Assembly (NCBI GenBank): GCA_963817915.1
Contig: CAWFQL010000016.1
Location: 390,094-454,093, forward strand
Length of the DNA stretch: 64,000 bases
Direction: 5' to 3'
Source: an uncultured candidate division Zixibacteria bacterium
GTDB lineage: Bacteria > Zixibacteria > MSB-5A5 > UBA10806
The notes below the pieces were generated by a model. It saw nothing but the letters and a program-made list of their open reading frames with translations, ran no database searches and had not been told where the DNA came from. Within the stretch, counting starts at the first letter, position 1. The number at the start of each line of letters is the position of its first letter. This document shows positions 20,622 through 29,971 of this stretch, one piece after another. The translations under genes were made by a program, and so were the position numbers.

Positions 20622-21440
20622 TTAATCCAGATATGACGCCGGGTTTACCGGTTGGCCATCCTTTCTAATCTCGTAGTGCAAATGAGGCGCAGAGGAGTTG
20701 CCGGTATTCCCCGAAAGCGCAATGACATCTCCTTTTAACACCTTTTGCCCCTTTTCCACAAGCATTTTTTTATTATGGCCATATAATGTTTGAAAACCAT
20801 TGCCGTGGTCTATGATTACTAAATTCCCCAATTCTTTATCCCATCCGGCGTATGATACTGTTCCCGAAGCCGTCGCCAGTACCGATGTACCCTCTTTAAC
20901 CGCGAAATCAATTCCACTATGTTTCTCAAAAACTGTGTCTTTATCAGATGTAAATGGTCTCGTAATCCATCCATATAGTGGTCTGCCATGTGGAATGACT
21001 ATCTTAGCGAGCGTATCCGACAAAGGCTTTGAAGAAGCAATCATGGAATTATCAACAGAGTCAGTTCCGGTATCATTATAGTTTGTATCGGGTATATCAG
21101 TCTCGGATGATCCATACGATTCCGAGAGCGCCATCTGTGAAATATCAACCCCTGCCATCTCAGCCAGGCGGACCGTCAGGTCACGGTTCTTCTTATAGTT
21201 CTTTTCGATTTCATTTACTCTGGATACATCAGCGCGCAGCTTTTGATTTTCATTTTCCAATGACGACACGCGGCTGGCCTTGACCGCAAGCCCCGCGTAT
21301 ACTATCGTGATACCAATTAGAGTCAAAATCAAAAGAGCCGAAAGCGAAATGACGACTTTGAACATCGTCAGGGACATGCTCTGTGAAAATATTCGTTCGC
21401 CCCCTTCGGGGACAATCATGAATGTTATCTTCTTGCTCAC
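20622..21440 (-). CDS. M23 family metallopeptidase
   Basis: HSGIDF, TLYGH and STGNSSAPHLHYEI-type motifs after a TM segment and coiled coil. Confidence 0.92.
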   Translation of the reverse strand: MSKKITFMIVPEGGERIFSQSMSLTMFKVVISLSALLILTLIGITIVYAGLAVKASRVSSLENENQKLRADVSRVNEIEKNYKKNRDLTVRLAEMAGVDISQMALSESYGSSETDIPDTNYNDTGTDSVDNSMIASSKPLSDTLAKIVIPHGRPLYGWITRPFTSDKDTVFEKHSGIDFAVKEGTSVLATASGTVSYAGWDKELGNLVIIDHGNGFQTLYGHNKKMLVEKGQKVLKGDVIALSGNTGNSSAPHLHYEIRKDGQPVNPASYLD

Positions 21441-22318
21441 TGAGTTTCAATCGCCCCAAATAAATCTAATATTCTATTAAGATCGTCATTGGTGTAATAT
21501 TCGAAAATAATTTTGCCACCCTTTTTCTTCTGATTAATTGACACCTTTGTTCCAAATTTTCTTTTCAATACTTCCTCGACCGAAACTACCTGAGCAGAAC
21601 GGGATTCTGCCAATTTTAATTTTCTCGCGGGTTTATTATTATATACGAGCTTTTCGAGCTCGCGAACATTGAGCCCCTCGGCTATCGCTTTTTCAGCCAA
21701 GGCGATTTTTTCTGTATCGGTCTGCAGTGCTAATAGTGTTCGCGCTTGGCCCGCCGAAAGACGACCGTCGTTCACCATTCCCTGTATTACTTCCGGTAAT
21801 GACAGCAAACGAAGGGAATTGGCTACAGAGGATCTATCTTTGCCTACTCGTCCGGCGACATCGGCCTGGGTTAGATTGCATTCGGTCATCAGACGACGAT
21901 ATGCCGTTGCTTCTTCGATCGCATTGAGATTCTCGCGTTGAATATTTTCGATAAGGGCCAATTCCATCGATTCCTCATTGCTGGTGGAATCATAGACTAC
22001 CGCCGGTATAGAGGGCATACCCAATTTCTCGACAGCCTTGAGTCTTCGTTCGCCGACAATCAGTTCGTATCCATTCTCTGTAGCGCGAACTACGACGGGC
22101 TGAATCACGCCACGTTCTCTTATTGATTCGGCCAGCTCCGCCAATTTTGCCTGATCGAAAACCTGGCGCGGCTGAAATGGATTAGGCTTAATTTCAGATA
22201 TCGGGATTTCGAATATAACACCATGCCTTGAATGTGAGGAGGTATCCTCTTCTGCGCCCGATGCGCCGGCTCCCGGAATCAGGGCCTCAAGTCCTCTACC
22301 TAATACCATTCGCTTCAT
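21437..22318 (-). CDS. parB: ParB/Spo0J chromosome partitioning protein
   Basis: LGRGLEALI, NPFQPR, GERR and ALIENIQRENLNAIEEA. Confidence 0.97.
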   Translation of the reverse strand: MKRMVLGRGLEALIPGAGASGAEEDTSSHSRHGVIFEIPISEIKPNPFQPRQVFDQAKLAELAESIRERGVIQPVVVRATENGYELIVGERRLKAVEKLGMPSIPAVVYDSTSNEESMELALIENIQRENLNAIEEATAYRRLMTECNLTQADVAGRVGKDRSSVANSLRLLSLPEVIQGMVNDGRLSAGQARTLLALQTDTEKIALAEKAIAEGLNVRELEKLVYNNKPARKLKLAESRSAQVVSVEEVLKRKFGTKVSINQKKKGGKIIFEYYTNDDLNRILDLFGAIETQ

Positions 22319-23073
22319 CTGGACAAAACCTCCTTGGCGAGATTAATATAGTTTGCCGCTCCCGTGGACAAAATATCATATAACAATATCGGCTTGCCGA
22401 AACTTGGCGCTTCCGAAAGCCGGACATTACGATTTATAACAGTCTCGAAAACTTTTTCAGGGAAAAACTTGCGGGTCTCATCCGCGACCTGCTTGGAAAG
22501 ATTCAAACGGCCGTCATACATGGTGAGCAAGACACCGTGGATATCCAATTTCGGATTCAGATGCTTTTGAACTAATCGCACCGTATTCAGAAGTTGCCCT
22601 AGCCCTTCAAGGGCGTAATATTCGCACTGAATGGGAATAATGAGGGAATCGGAGGCTACAAGCGTATTAATTGTCAGAAGTCCCAGCGATGGCGGGCAAT
22701 CAATCAGGATAAAGTCGTATTTGTCTCGGATTGACGCCAAAGCATCCTGCAGCCTGTGCTCTCTTGAGGCCACAGACACTAGCTCAAGTTCGGCTCCAAC
22801 TAAGCTGATATTTGCCGGCAGAATATCGAGGAATTTGATCTCTGTGGACACAATCGCTTGTACGGCAGGGACTTGCCCCAACAAAACATCGTAGGTCGAT
22901 ATTTCCACGAGCTTCTTATCGATACCTACACCCGATGTCGTATTGCCCTGAGGATCCATATCGATCAGTAGAGTCTTCTTTTCGGCTACAGCCAGACAAC
23001 AGGCCAGATTGATTGCGGTCGTGGTTTTGCCGACACCGCCCTTTTGATTCGTGATTCCAATTATTTTCGACAT
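22315..23073 (-). CDS. parA: ParA/Soj ATPase
   Basis: NQKGGVGKTTT, DPQGN, DCPPSLG, QCEYYALEG and RLSEAPSFG. Confidence 0.97.
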   Translation of the reverse strand: MSKIIGITNQKGGVGKTTTAINLACCLAVAEKKTLLIDMDPQGNTTSGVGIDKKLVEISTYDVLLGQVPAVQAIVSTEIKFLDILPANISLVGAELELVSVASREHRLQDALASIRDKYDFILIDCPPSLGLLTINTLVASDSLIIPIQCEYYALEGLGQLLNTVRLVQKHLNPKLDIHGVLLTMYDGRLNLSKQVADETRKFFPEKVFETVINRNVRLSEAPSFGKPILLYDILSTGAANYINLAKEVLSR

Positions 23074-23158
23074 TGTAACCTCAAAAATTTCGGAAGGTTA
23101 GGGTGCTCATAGAATCAGATGCAAGACTATATTATTTCAGAGCGAAAATCAAGCGAAA

Positions 23159-23174
23159 AGTTTCACGTGAAACG
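23159..23174. promoter_or_regulatory. parS site (14-bp perfect core)
   Basis: aGTTTCACGTGAAACg, upstream of parA. Confidence 0.8.
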
Positions 23175-23190
23175 AGATAATATGGAATCT

Positions 23191-23806
23191 GTAGGTCCGA
23201 ACCCCCATGGTTCGGACTCCTGTCTTTTATTCTCCAATATTTCGGCGAAACCACGGGGGTTCCGCCCTACCCAAAGCAATTTATCTCGGAGCTATGATCT
23301 TGTAATACCCGACTCGCTCAAAATAGATGACTTTGCCATCGGGCTTGACGATTTCCTTGATACGATCGAGATGTTTCTCCCAGCGAGGGAGGAAATTGTA
23401 GGTCCGAACCCCTGCGGTTCGGACTCCTGCTTTTCATTTTCCAATATATAGGCGGAACCACGGGGGTTCCGCCCTACCCAAAGCAATTTATCTCGGAGCT
23501 ATGATCTTGTAATACCCGACTCGCTCAAAATAGATGACTTTGCCATCGGGCTTGACGATTTCCTTGATACGATCGAGATGTTTTTCCCAACGAGGGAGGA
23601 AATTGTAGGTCCGAACCCCTGCGGTTCGGACTCCTGCTTTTCATTTTCCAATATATAGGCGGAACCACGGGGGTTCCGCCCTACCCAAAGCAATTTATCT
23701 CGGAGCTATGATCTTGTAATACCCGACTCGTTCAAAATATATGATTTTGCCATCGGGCTTGACGATTTCTTTGATACTATCGAGATGCTTCTCCCAGCGG
23801 GGCAGG
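23191..23806. repeat. 207-bp tandem array: REP doublet + rsmG 3'-end copy (x3; the last copy is the real gene end)
   Basis: GTAG starts at 23191, 23398 and 23605. rsmG-end sequences start at 23281, 23488 and 23695. Confidence 0.95.
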
Positions 23807-24246
23807 GCGCGCACCAGGGCAACATCGAATTCAACTGTTGGCTGGTATGATTCGAGCCTGATTTCGGCGATTTCGATATTATTAATATCTAATTCGCTAT
23901 GAAGCTTCTTTAAAAACAATACTTTTTTATGGACAGATTCAACAAGCGTGAATCTTGCATTGGGACGACTGAGGGCAAGCGGGATTGCCGGGAAGCCGGA
24001 GCCGGAACCGATATCGACAACCTTACAAATATCGGGAATCTCGTTCAGTGGCGCCAGGGAATCAAAAAGATGTCGGGTGATCATCAGGCTGAGATCGTTT
24101 TGAGAAACCAGGTTCATCCGGCTCGACCAGGACCTAATCAGATCAAAATGTATCTCGACTTTCTGAACAAAGCCGTCATTGATCCCAAATGACCGGGCCC
24201 GAAGCCACGTGACTATTCTCTCTTTTTCGGCCTGACTTAACGGCAT
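23695..24246 (-). CDS. rsmG: 16S rRNA m7G527 methyltransferase RsmG (GidB)
   Basis: MNLVS, RHLFDSL, DIGSGSGFPAIPL, LVES..KK..FL and RAL. Lies between mnmG and parA. Confidence 0.95.
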   Translation of the reverse strand: MPLSQAEKERIVTWLRARSFGINDGFVQKVEIHFDLIRSWSSRMNLVSQNDLSLMITRHLFDSLAPLNEIPDICKVVDIGSGSGFPAIPLALSRPNARFTLVESVHKKVLFLKKLHSELDINNIEIAEIRLESYQPTVEFDVALVRALPRWEKHLDSIKEIVKPDGKIIYFERVGYYKIIAPR

Positions 24247-24266
24247 TCTAACCCATTTCCTGCCAA

Positions 24267-24282
24267 TGTTTCACGTGAAACA
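24267..24282. promoter_or_regulatory. parS site (perfect consensus)
   Basis: TGTTTCACGTGAAACA. Confidence 0.9.
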
Positions 24283-24303
24283 TTTCTACAAAAACACGAT
24301 GAA

Positions 24304-24330
24304 TTGTTCACAACCCACTATTTATCCACA
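24304..24330 (+). promoter_or_regulatory. DnaA boxes
   Basis: TTATCCACA at 24322-24330 and degenerate TTGTTCACA at 24304. Confidence 0.55.
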
Positions 24331-24358
24331 TGATTTCAACAATATATGATGATTATTG

Positions 24359-26195
24359 TCATATTTTCCGCCGAAGATGAACCATCAGGACCGCAATGTC
24401 GCCGGGGGATATCCCCGATATTCGGGATGCCTGACCGAGGGTTTCCGGACGAAATTTAGCCAATTTCTCAACCGCTTCGGTTTTGAGGCCGGTTAACTTT
24501 TTATAATCCAAACTGGTAGGCATCGAATAGCCATCCAACTTCGCCTGACGATCAACTAGCTCCTGCTGACGTTTGACATATCCGCCATAATAGATTTCGT
24601 TGGCCAGCTGACTAAATAGCCTTTCGCCATGCTTGGCCATTAAATTAGATAATATCGGATAGCTATTGATATCGATATGCGGCATTTTCAACGCATCGTA
24701 AACCGAGACGTTCTTCATCGTCGTATTGCCGTTATCCCGAGTCTCGATTTCGAGTCGCGTTTTCATCATTTCATTGAGCATTTCAGATTTTACAACACTG
24801 ATTTTGAGTATGTCTATCGAAAATATTCTGTTTTACCAGCCCGAGACGATAACCTTTTTCCAAAAGCCGCTCTTCGACATTATCCTCCCGCAGATTCAGG
24901 CGATATTCCGCCCGCGATGTAAACATGCGGTACGGTTCCGATGTCGATTTCGTGACCAGATCATCTATCAATACTCCGATATAGGCTTCTGATCGGCTTA
25001 ATTTGAACGGTTCCTCGCCGCGGATCTTCAAGACAGCATTGATTCCGGCCATAAGCCCTTGCGCCGCTGCCTCTTCGTAGCCCGATGTGCCATTAACCTG
25101 CCCCGCGAAATAGAGATTGGCGACGATCTTGGATTCCATCGTAACATATATCTGATGAGGCGGGAAGAAATCATATTCAATAGCGTAGCCGGGGCGGGTC
25201 ATCTCGATATTCTCCAGGCCGGGGATAGTGCGCAATGCCTGCAGTTGAATCTCCTTCGGCAACGATGACGAAAAGCCGTTGAGATAATATTCGGTGGTAT
25301 TTTTGCCCTCGGGCTCCAAAAAGAGCTGATGACGGGGCCGTTCGCTGAAACGAACCACCTTATCCTCTATAGAGGGGCAGTAGCGAGGGCCGATCCCCTT
25401 GATGACACCCGAATAGAGCGGCGAATACTTGAGATTGTCGCTGATTATCCGATGCGTTACGTCATTGGTATAGGTGAGATAGCAGAATACCTGATCGATC
25501 CGGCGCGAATGGTCGCTGCGATTCGAAAAGTATGGCGCAGGCTCATCGCCGGGCTGGGGATCACATTTGGCGAAATCGATAGTGCGGCCATCGAGACGGG
25601 CGGGGTGCCGGTCTTGAGCCGTCCGGTGGTGATGCCGAACGACTGAGATACTCTGGGATAGCCCGACCGCTGGCGGCTCATCGATACGCCCTGCCGGGAA
25701 ATGCTCTAAGCCGATATGTATCAAACCATTAAGGAAGGTGCCAGAGGTGATAACGACAGCCCCGGCGGTGATATTATCGCCATCAGACAGCCTAACCCCT
25801 TGACAGACATTGCCTTGCGTGATCAGCCCGACAACCTCGCCCTCGATAACCGTAAGCTGTTCTTGGGCTTGCACGGTTTCGGCCATGACCTGCGAATAGA
25901 GGGCTCTATCGGTTTGGGCGCGATGCGACTGCACGGCCGGGCCTTTGCTTCGATTGAGGATACGGAACTGGATTCCGGCCTGGTCGGTGGCATACCCCAT
26001 CTCGCCGCCGAGGGCATCGATCTCCATCACGAGTTGGCCCTTGGCCAGACCGCCGACCGCCGGATTACAGCTCATCCGTCCGATGGCCTGCTTATCCATG
26101 GTGATCATGGCGGTGCGCGCGCCCATTCGTGCCGCCGCTAACGCCGCCTCGATGCCGGCATGCCCGCCGCCGATGACTATGACATCAAAATCCAT
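24359..26195 (-). CDS. mnmG: tRNA uridine-5-carboxymethylaminomethyl synthesis enzyme MnmG (GidA); frameshift ~24800 and compensating indels ~25605-25655
   Basis: GGGHAGIEAA, MSCNPAVGG, GPRYCPSIEDK, GQVNGTSGYEEAAAQG and EPYRMFTSRAEYRL. RLKTGTP lies in an alternate frame, and the C-terminus is in ORF 24359..24781. Confidence 0.95.
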
Positions 26196-26240
26196 ATCCT
26201 TATATATCATTATTTTGCGGCTAAGAGGCAAGCGGATTTT

Positions 26241-26340
26241 TGTGGGAACGTATTTCGGGGATTATCCACATTAAAGTGGATAAAAAGCCATTGATTTATG
26301 TTGACACTTTAATTCTATATCTATAATTTGATAATGTTAC
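26241..26340. promoter_or_regulatory. DnaA-box pair plus AT-rich tract upstream of mnmG
   Basis: TTATCCACA at 26262-26270 and inverted AGTGGATAA at 26275-26283, followed by an AT-rich stretch. Confidence 0.5.
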
Positions 26341-26425
26341 TAAGCGCGATGATTTGACAACACTTGAGCGACAGCGCGCGACATGGGCTTATAATATCGA
26401 CAGAAATAAATGTCGAAAGGATGAT

Positions 26426-26797
26426 ATGAGCATTTGGCCAGAATCTAAGACGCTTGAAGGCAAGGCGGAAATCGATCTCAAATGGAAAAACTTGCTGGCT
26501 ATCACATTAATATTAATAATCCCTCTGGCAATTAGCCTTTTTATCAAATCTCTAATTTTCAATGTATTTTGTTGGGCGTTTGCCCTGTTTCTATATTTCG
26601 GATTTCTTCAATATCAAGGGCCAAGCATTACAGCAATTGGAATTCCAATACTTGCTTGGTATGTATTGCTTAAATGGCAATCGACGCCTAGATGGCTTCT
26701 GATCATTGCAATTCTAATTACGGTGTTGGAGTTTAGCTATATTCGCCATCGTATGGCGTTCATTAAAAAAATGAGGGAGAAGGAAGGTTTTCATTAA
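26426..26797 (+). CDS. Hypothetical membrane protein (about 4 TM)
   Basis: Hydrophobic ORF with an AAGGA RBS. Confidence 0.65.
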   Translation: MSIWPESKTLEGKAEIDLKWKNLLAITLILIIPLAISLFIKSLIFNVFCWAFALFLYFGFLQYQGPSITAIGIPILAWYVLLKWQSTPRWLLIIAILITVLEFSYIRHRMAFIKKMREKEGFH

Positions 26798-26841
26798 CTG
26801 CAATCTCATATCAATGGAATAGGTTCGGGACGGTGAATCAT

Positions 26842-27573
26842 ATGAATAAGAAAAGAAAAACAATTCCTCCTGCATTTTTTTATCAGTACAAGCCGTTTCG
26901 GCTCCAATTTGATAACGGTTTTGGAGCCATAAGCGACGCTTTCTATGAAGCGGCACTTCGACTTGAAAAATCGTCAAAGCAGGATCGGTTTATAAATTCG
27001 GCGATGCCTCTATGCTTTCTTTATAGACACTCTATAGAATTATTTCTTAAGTCGTGTATAATTATTCTTCATCGCGGACTGCAAATCGCTTTCGAAAAAG
27101 ATACAAGATCAGAATTGGCTATAAATATCGGCCAGAAAATTATACCTATTGAACAAATACATAGTATCAAAACTTTGCATATATATTTTAACGAATTTCT
27201 TTCTAAACATCATAAAGATCTTGAGCTTGCTTCCATTACCCATTGGAGTACAATTCCGTCTAAGTTGGCGGAATTGGTTGAAAAGATAGAAGTTTTTGAC
27301 ATGAAAAGTACGACCTTTCGTTATCCTGGACCAAATGATGATTTGAAATCTGATTTCAGAAATTCTTCAATTAATGAAGTGTGGGGGTCAATGGCTCCAG
27401 GTTCAGAATATGGCAGAGCCTTCCTTGAATTGGATGCTTCTGGTGAAATAGCAACTGCATATATTTGGGATTCATCGCGATTATTTCCGTTCATTGAATT
27501 CCTTCGCAAGACTTCCGAAATTTTATCGACTCTCCATTTTGCATTGCGTTGCGAGTTGGGCAATGGAAGCTAA
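26842..27573 (+). CDS. Hypothetical protein, HEPN-like
   Basis: LYRHSIELFLK ... IHSIKTL ... FRYP resembles the E.LK / H.L / RYP HEPN pattern. Confidence 0.6.
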   Translation: MNKKRKTIPPAFFYQYKPFRLQFDNGFGAISDAFYEAALRLEKSSKQDRFINSAMPLCFLYRHSIELFLKSCIIILHRGLQIAFEKDTRSELAINIGQKIIPIEQIHSIKTLHIYFNEFLSKHHKDLELASITHWSTIPSKLAELVEKIEVFDMKSTTFRYPGPNDDLKSDFRNSSINEVWGSMAPGSEYGRAFLELDASGEIATAYIWDSSRLFPFIEFLRKTSEILSTLHFALRCELGNGS

Positions 27574-28231
27574 GCAGGATAAAACGCAGATAAAATACGA
27601 AATATCCTCACGGGCATATTTATCTCGTGCCCGCGAAAATCTAAAATTGGCAACTTCCGAATCATACTTTTATGCGGCTCTTGAATTAAGGTGTGGAATT
27701 GAAGCTCGAATGGCCGAATATTTAGAAGCGTGGGATCACATTTCTAAAAGTAAGAAAAACGGATGGAGAATTGCAGATTTGGCTCGAAATATTGAAAATG
27801 AATTCAAGATCGGCGAAAAAACAATACAAGTCGGAATACAGGACTATAATACTCGCAAATTGATTGTAAGTTTTTACTATACACCTGTATCGTCAAAATT
27901 GAAGAAGATAGGCGAAAAGTTGGGCAATTATCTTCATGCATTGAAAGATGTAAGATATCCGAATTCTACTTATTGGGTAGAATTTCGCGAAGAACTAGAG
28001 GAAGGTGCAGATCAACTTCAAATTGCAAATACCGGCACGCTTCTCGGGCCCCTGTTGGTTAATGCCACTACCAAAATTACAACAATGATGACCGAAAATC
28101 CTCCAGGGACAAATAAAGAATCTATCCTTGAACACATAAGTCTAAAGAATAAGTATCTTGTAAACATACAACATTTGGATAAGCTCCCGCAGCCAATTGA
28201 GCCGGAAGCGCAAATCTGGAAAAAATTTTAG
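27563..28231 (+). CDS. Hypothetical protein, possibly HEPN-like
   Basis: YAALELRCGIE and KLGNYLH motifs. Overlaps the upstream stop by 11 nt. Confidence 0.55.
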   Translation: MEAKQDKTQIKYEISSRAYLSRARENLKLATSESYFYAALELRCGIEARMAEYLEAWDHISKSKKNGWRIADLARNIENEFKIGEKTIQVGIQDYNTRKLIVSFYYTPVSSKLKKIGEKLGNYLHALKDVRYPNSTYWVEFREELEEGADQLQIANTGTLLGPLLVNATTKITTMMTENPPGTNKESILEHISLKNKYLVNIQHLDKLPQPIEPEAQIWKKF

Positions 28232-28234
28232 AAT

Positions 28235-28759
28235 ATGTTTAACTATCTTAAAGGATATATTAAAGGCAGAAAAGTTGCGATGCAAGCTTCTATGTTGGTA
28301 CAAAAAATTGTAAATTATCTATTAACCAGCGGAGTAAAACTTAAAATTAATGATACTATAAAAATACTGCAGGAATCTTATTCCTATTGCCATGCACTTA
28401 ATGATAAGCCGCCATCGAGCGATATTATAGTCGGGACTTCATTATATACATCTGATTCCATCATTAAAGAATGGTTAATTAAAATGTATAAGCCCTTGGA
28501 TGACAGCCCCGATACTTTAGAGTACATTGAAAGCTCTCTTTCAACCTTGCAGCCATATTATAATGAATGGTTTAGGGAGCTTGGTAAAGATCATCCCGAA
28601 TATATCGGCAAGCCTCATAAAGAATGGGTTCCTCTTTTTAATTCTCGTTATGCTATCAATGTTGCATTTTACTTGGATACTGTTTTTCCCAATGGCCCTA
28701 AGCAATTATCTTCATTTATTTTAGACCTTACCATCATTACATCCAAAAAATATTCATAG
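28235..28759 (+). CDS. Hypothetical protein
   Basis: 174-aa AT-rich ORF starting 3 nt after the previous stop. Confidence 0.55.
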   Translation: MFNYLKGYIKGRKVAMQASMLVQKIVNYLLTSGVKLKINDTIKILQESYSYCHALNDKPPSSDIIVGTSLYTSDSIIKEWLIKMYKPLDDSPDTLEYIESSLSTLQPYYNEWFRELGKDHPEYIGKPHKEWVPLFNSRYAINVAFYLDTVFPNGPKQLSSFILDLTIITSKKYS

Positions 28760-28819
28760 AATTATAATATCCCATCCCGTTTTTCCCCGGCCCGCCCCAA
28801 CTCCCCCGGGCCGCCGGTG

Positions 28820-29960
28820 GCGCAGATGCGGCAAGCCGGAGCGGAAGGATAGGCAGACGGGGATACAGGAATGATTTTGGCCAGCGTACAATAAATTATA
28901 ATATCTATTTATCGATATCTTTGGTTTGATCCGGTAGCGCCTTATTATCTGCTCTATTTTTGGCTATAGAAAGATAATTTTTATTGCTGACAATTTTTTT
29001 GCCGGTTTTCTTTTCAAGTTCTTTACGAGCATTTCCGGCAATCCTGCCGCCCTGTTTTGCGGCCTCTTTGTTTTGCTTGAATCCCTGGGCTTCCTGAGTA
29101 TGCGCTATTTCTTTCGTCGATACCTCGCCGAGCATAGTAAAAACCAATTCCAAGGGAGTCATGTTATCCCGTAAATTTTGGGTCTTAATTCCCTTAATTT
29201 CCTTATGTTCTTTCGGCGTAATGCCAAAGGTGGCTTTGGAAATTTCTGCCGTCAATATTCCATATTCACTATCTTGAACACCCCTAATTTTCCATTCATC
29301 CGTCAGTTCTTCTCTCTTTTGGATGCCCTGAATTCTAATATCTATCCATTCATCTGGATATCCCTTAGCAATATATGTTACCCTTGCCCTCTTGATAGCC
29401 AAGGAAGGGTCGTCTATTTCAGCGATTCGTTCAAAACCGACTCGCGCTATCCACCTTTTGAATGGTTCGGCCTTTGGCGATGGAATTGACTGTATAATTC
29501 TAAGCATTGTCTCTGTTGTAGCAACATCGGTCAGATAGCTTTTCCCGTCGCTACTTGGGAGTTTCAGTTGTCCGATATTATCGGATAACTGCGTAAACCC
29601 TTCATCCATAAGCTTTTTCTTGAGATCGGACCAATACTTACTTGGTCTTTCGCTGTCAGTCAAAACCCCAACAATATCAACAATCGAAAACCACCATTCG
29701 TTTTCGTGCCATGTTTTACGGATTTCTTTACCCTTAAATAGATCGATCTTCATCTGTTGACCGTTTCCAACATCTGATACTTGAATATCTTTGGAAGTCA
29801 ATTTAATATTATCTTCAAATTCTTTTTCCATTTTGGTCGCTCCGTATTTATTTTTGACAAATCTATACTAATTGTGGTAGCAATACAAGCAATTTTTGAT
29901 AGGCCAATATTGCTGAGCGCAGATGCGGCGGGCAGGAGCGGAAGGATAGGCGGGCGGGGA
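28820..29960 (+). repeat. 44-bp direct repeats (28820-28863, 29917-29960) bracketing the BRO-N gene
   Basis: GCGCAGATGCGGC(AA/GG)GC(C/A)GGAGCGGAAGGATAGGC(A/G)G(A/G)CGGGGA, 39/44 identical. Confidence 0.85.
28905..29831 (-). CDS. BRO-N domain (phage antirepressor-like) protein
   Basis: IRKTW..EWWFSIVDIV..LTDS...YW..LK, RIIQSIPSPKAEPFKRW and NLRDNMT. Confidence 0.88.
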   Translation of the reverse strand: MEKEFEDNIKLTSKDIQVSDVGNGQQMKIDLFKGKEIRKTWHENEWWFSIVDIVGVLTDSERPSKYWSDLKKKLMDEGFTQLSDNIGQLKLPSSDGKSYLTDVATTETMLRIIQSIPSPKAEPFKRWIARVGFERIAEIDDPSLAIKRARVTYIAKGYPDEWIDIRIQGIQKREELTDEWKIRGVQDSEYGILTAEISKATFGITPKEHKEIKGIKTQNLRDNMTPLELVFTMLGEVSTKEIAHTQEAQGFKQNKEAAKQGGRIAGNARKELEKKTGKKIVSNKNYLSIAKNRADNKALPDQTKDIDK

Positions 29961-29971
29961 GATGTGGGAGC

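Noticed and set aside
23119..23693. ORFs 23119..23451, 23292..23486 and 23499..23693 as genes
   Set aside because: They are by-products of the tandem repeat, have no RBS and are not in the rsmG frame.
23281..23806. Diversity-generating retroelement template/variable repeat pair on rsmG
   Set aside because: Differences are not confined to adenines and are mostly synonymous, and there is no reverse transcriptase in the window.
26797..28800. Integron cassette array
   Set aside because: The genes overlap or are 3 nt apart, there are no attC-like sites and no integrase is present.
28905..29831. Prophage
   Set aside because: The BRO-N gene is solitary, with no phage structural, replication or integrase genes.
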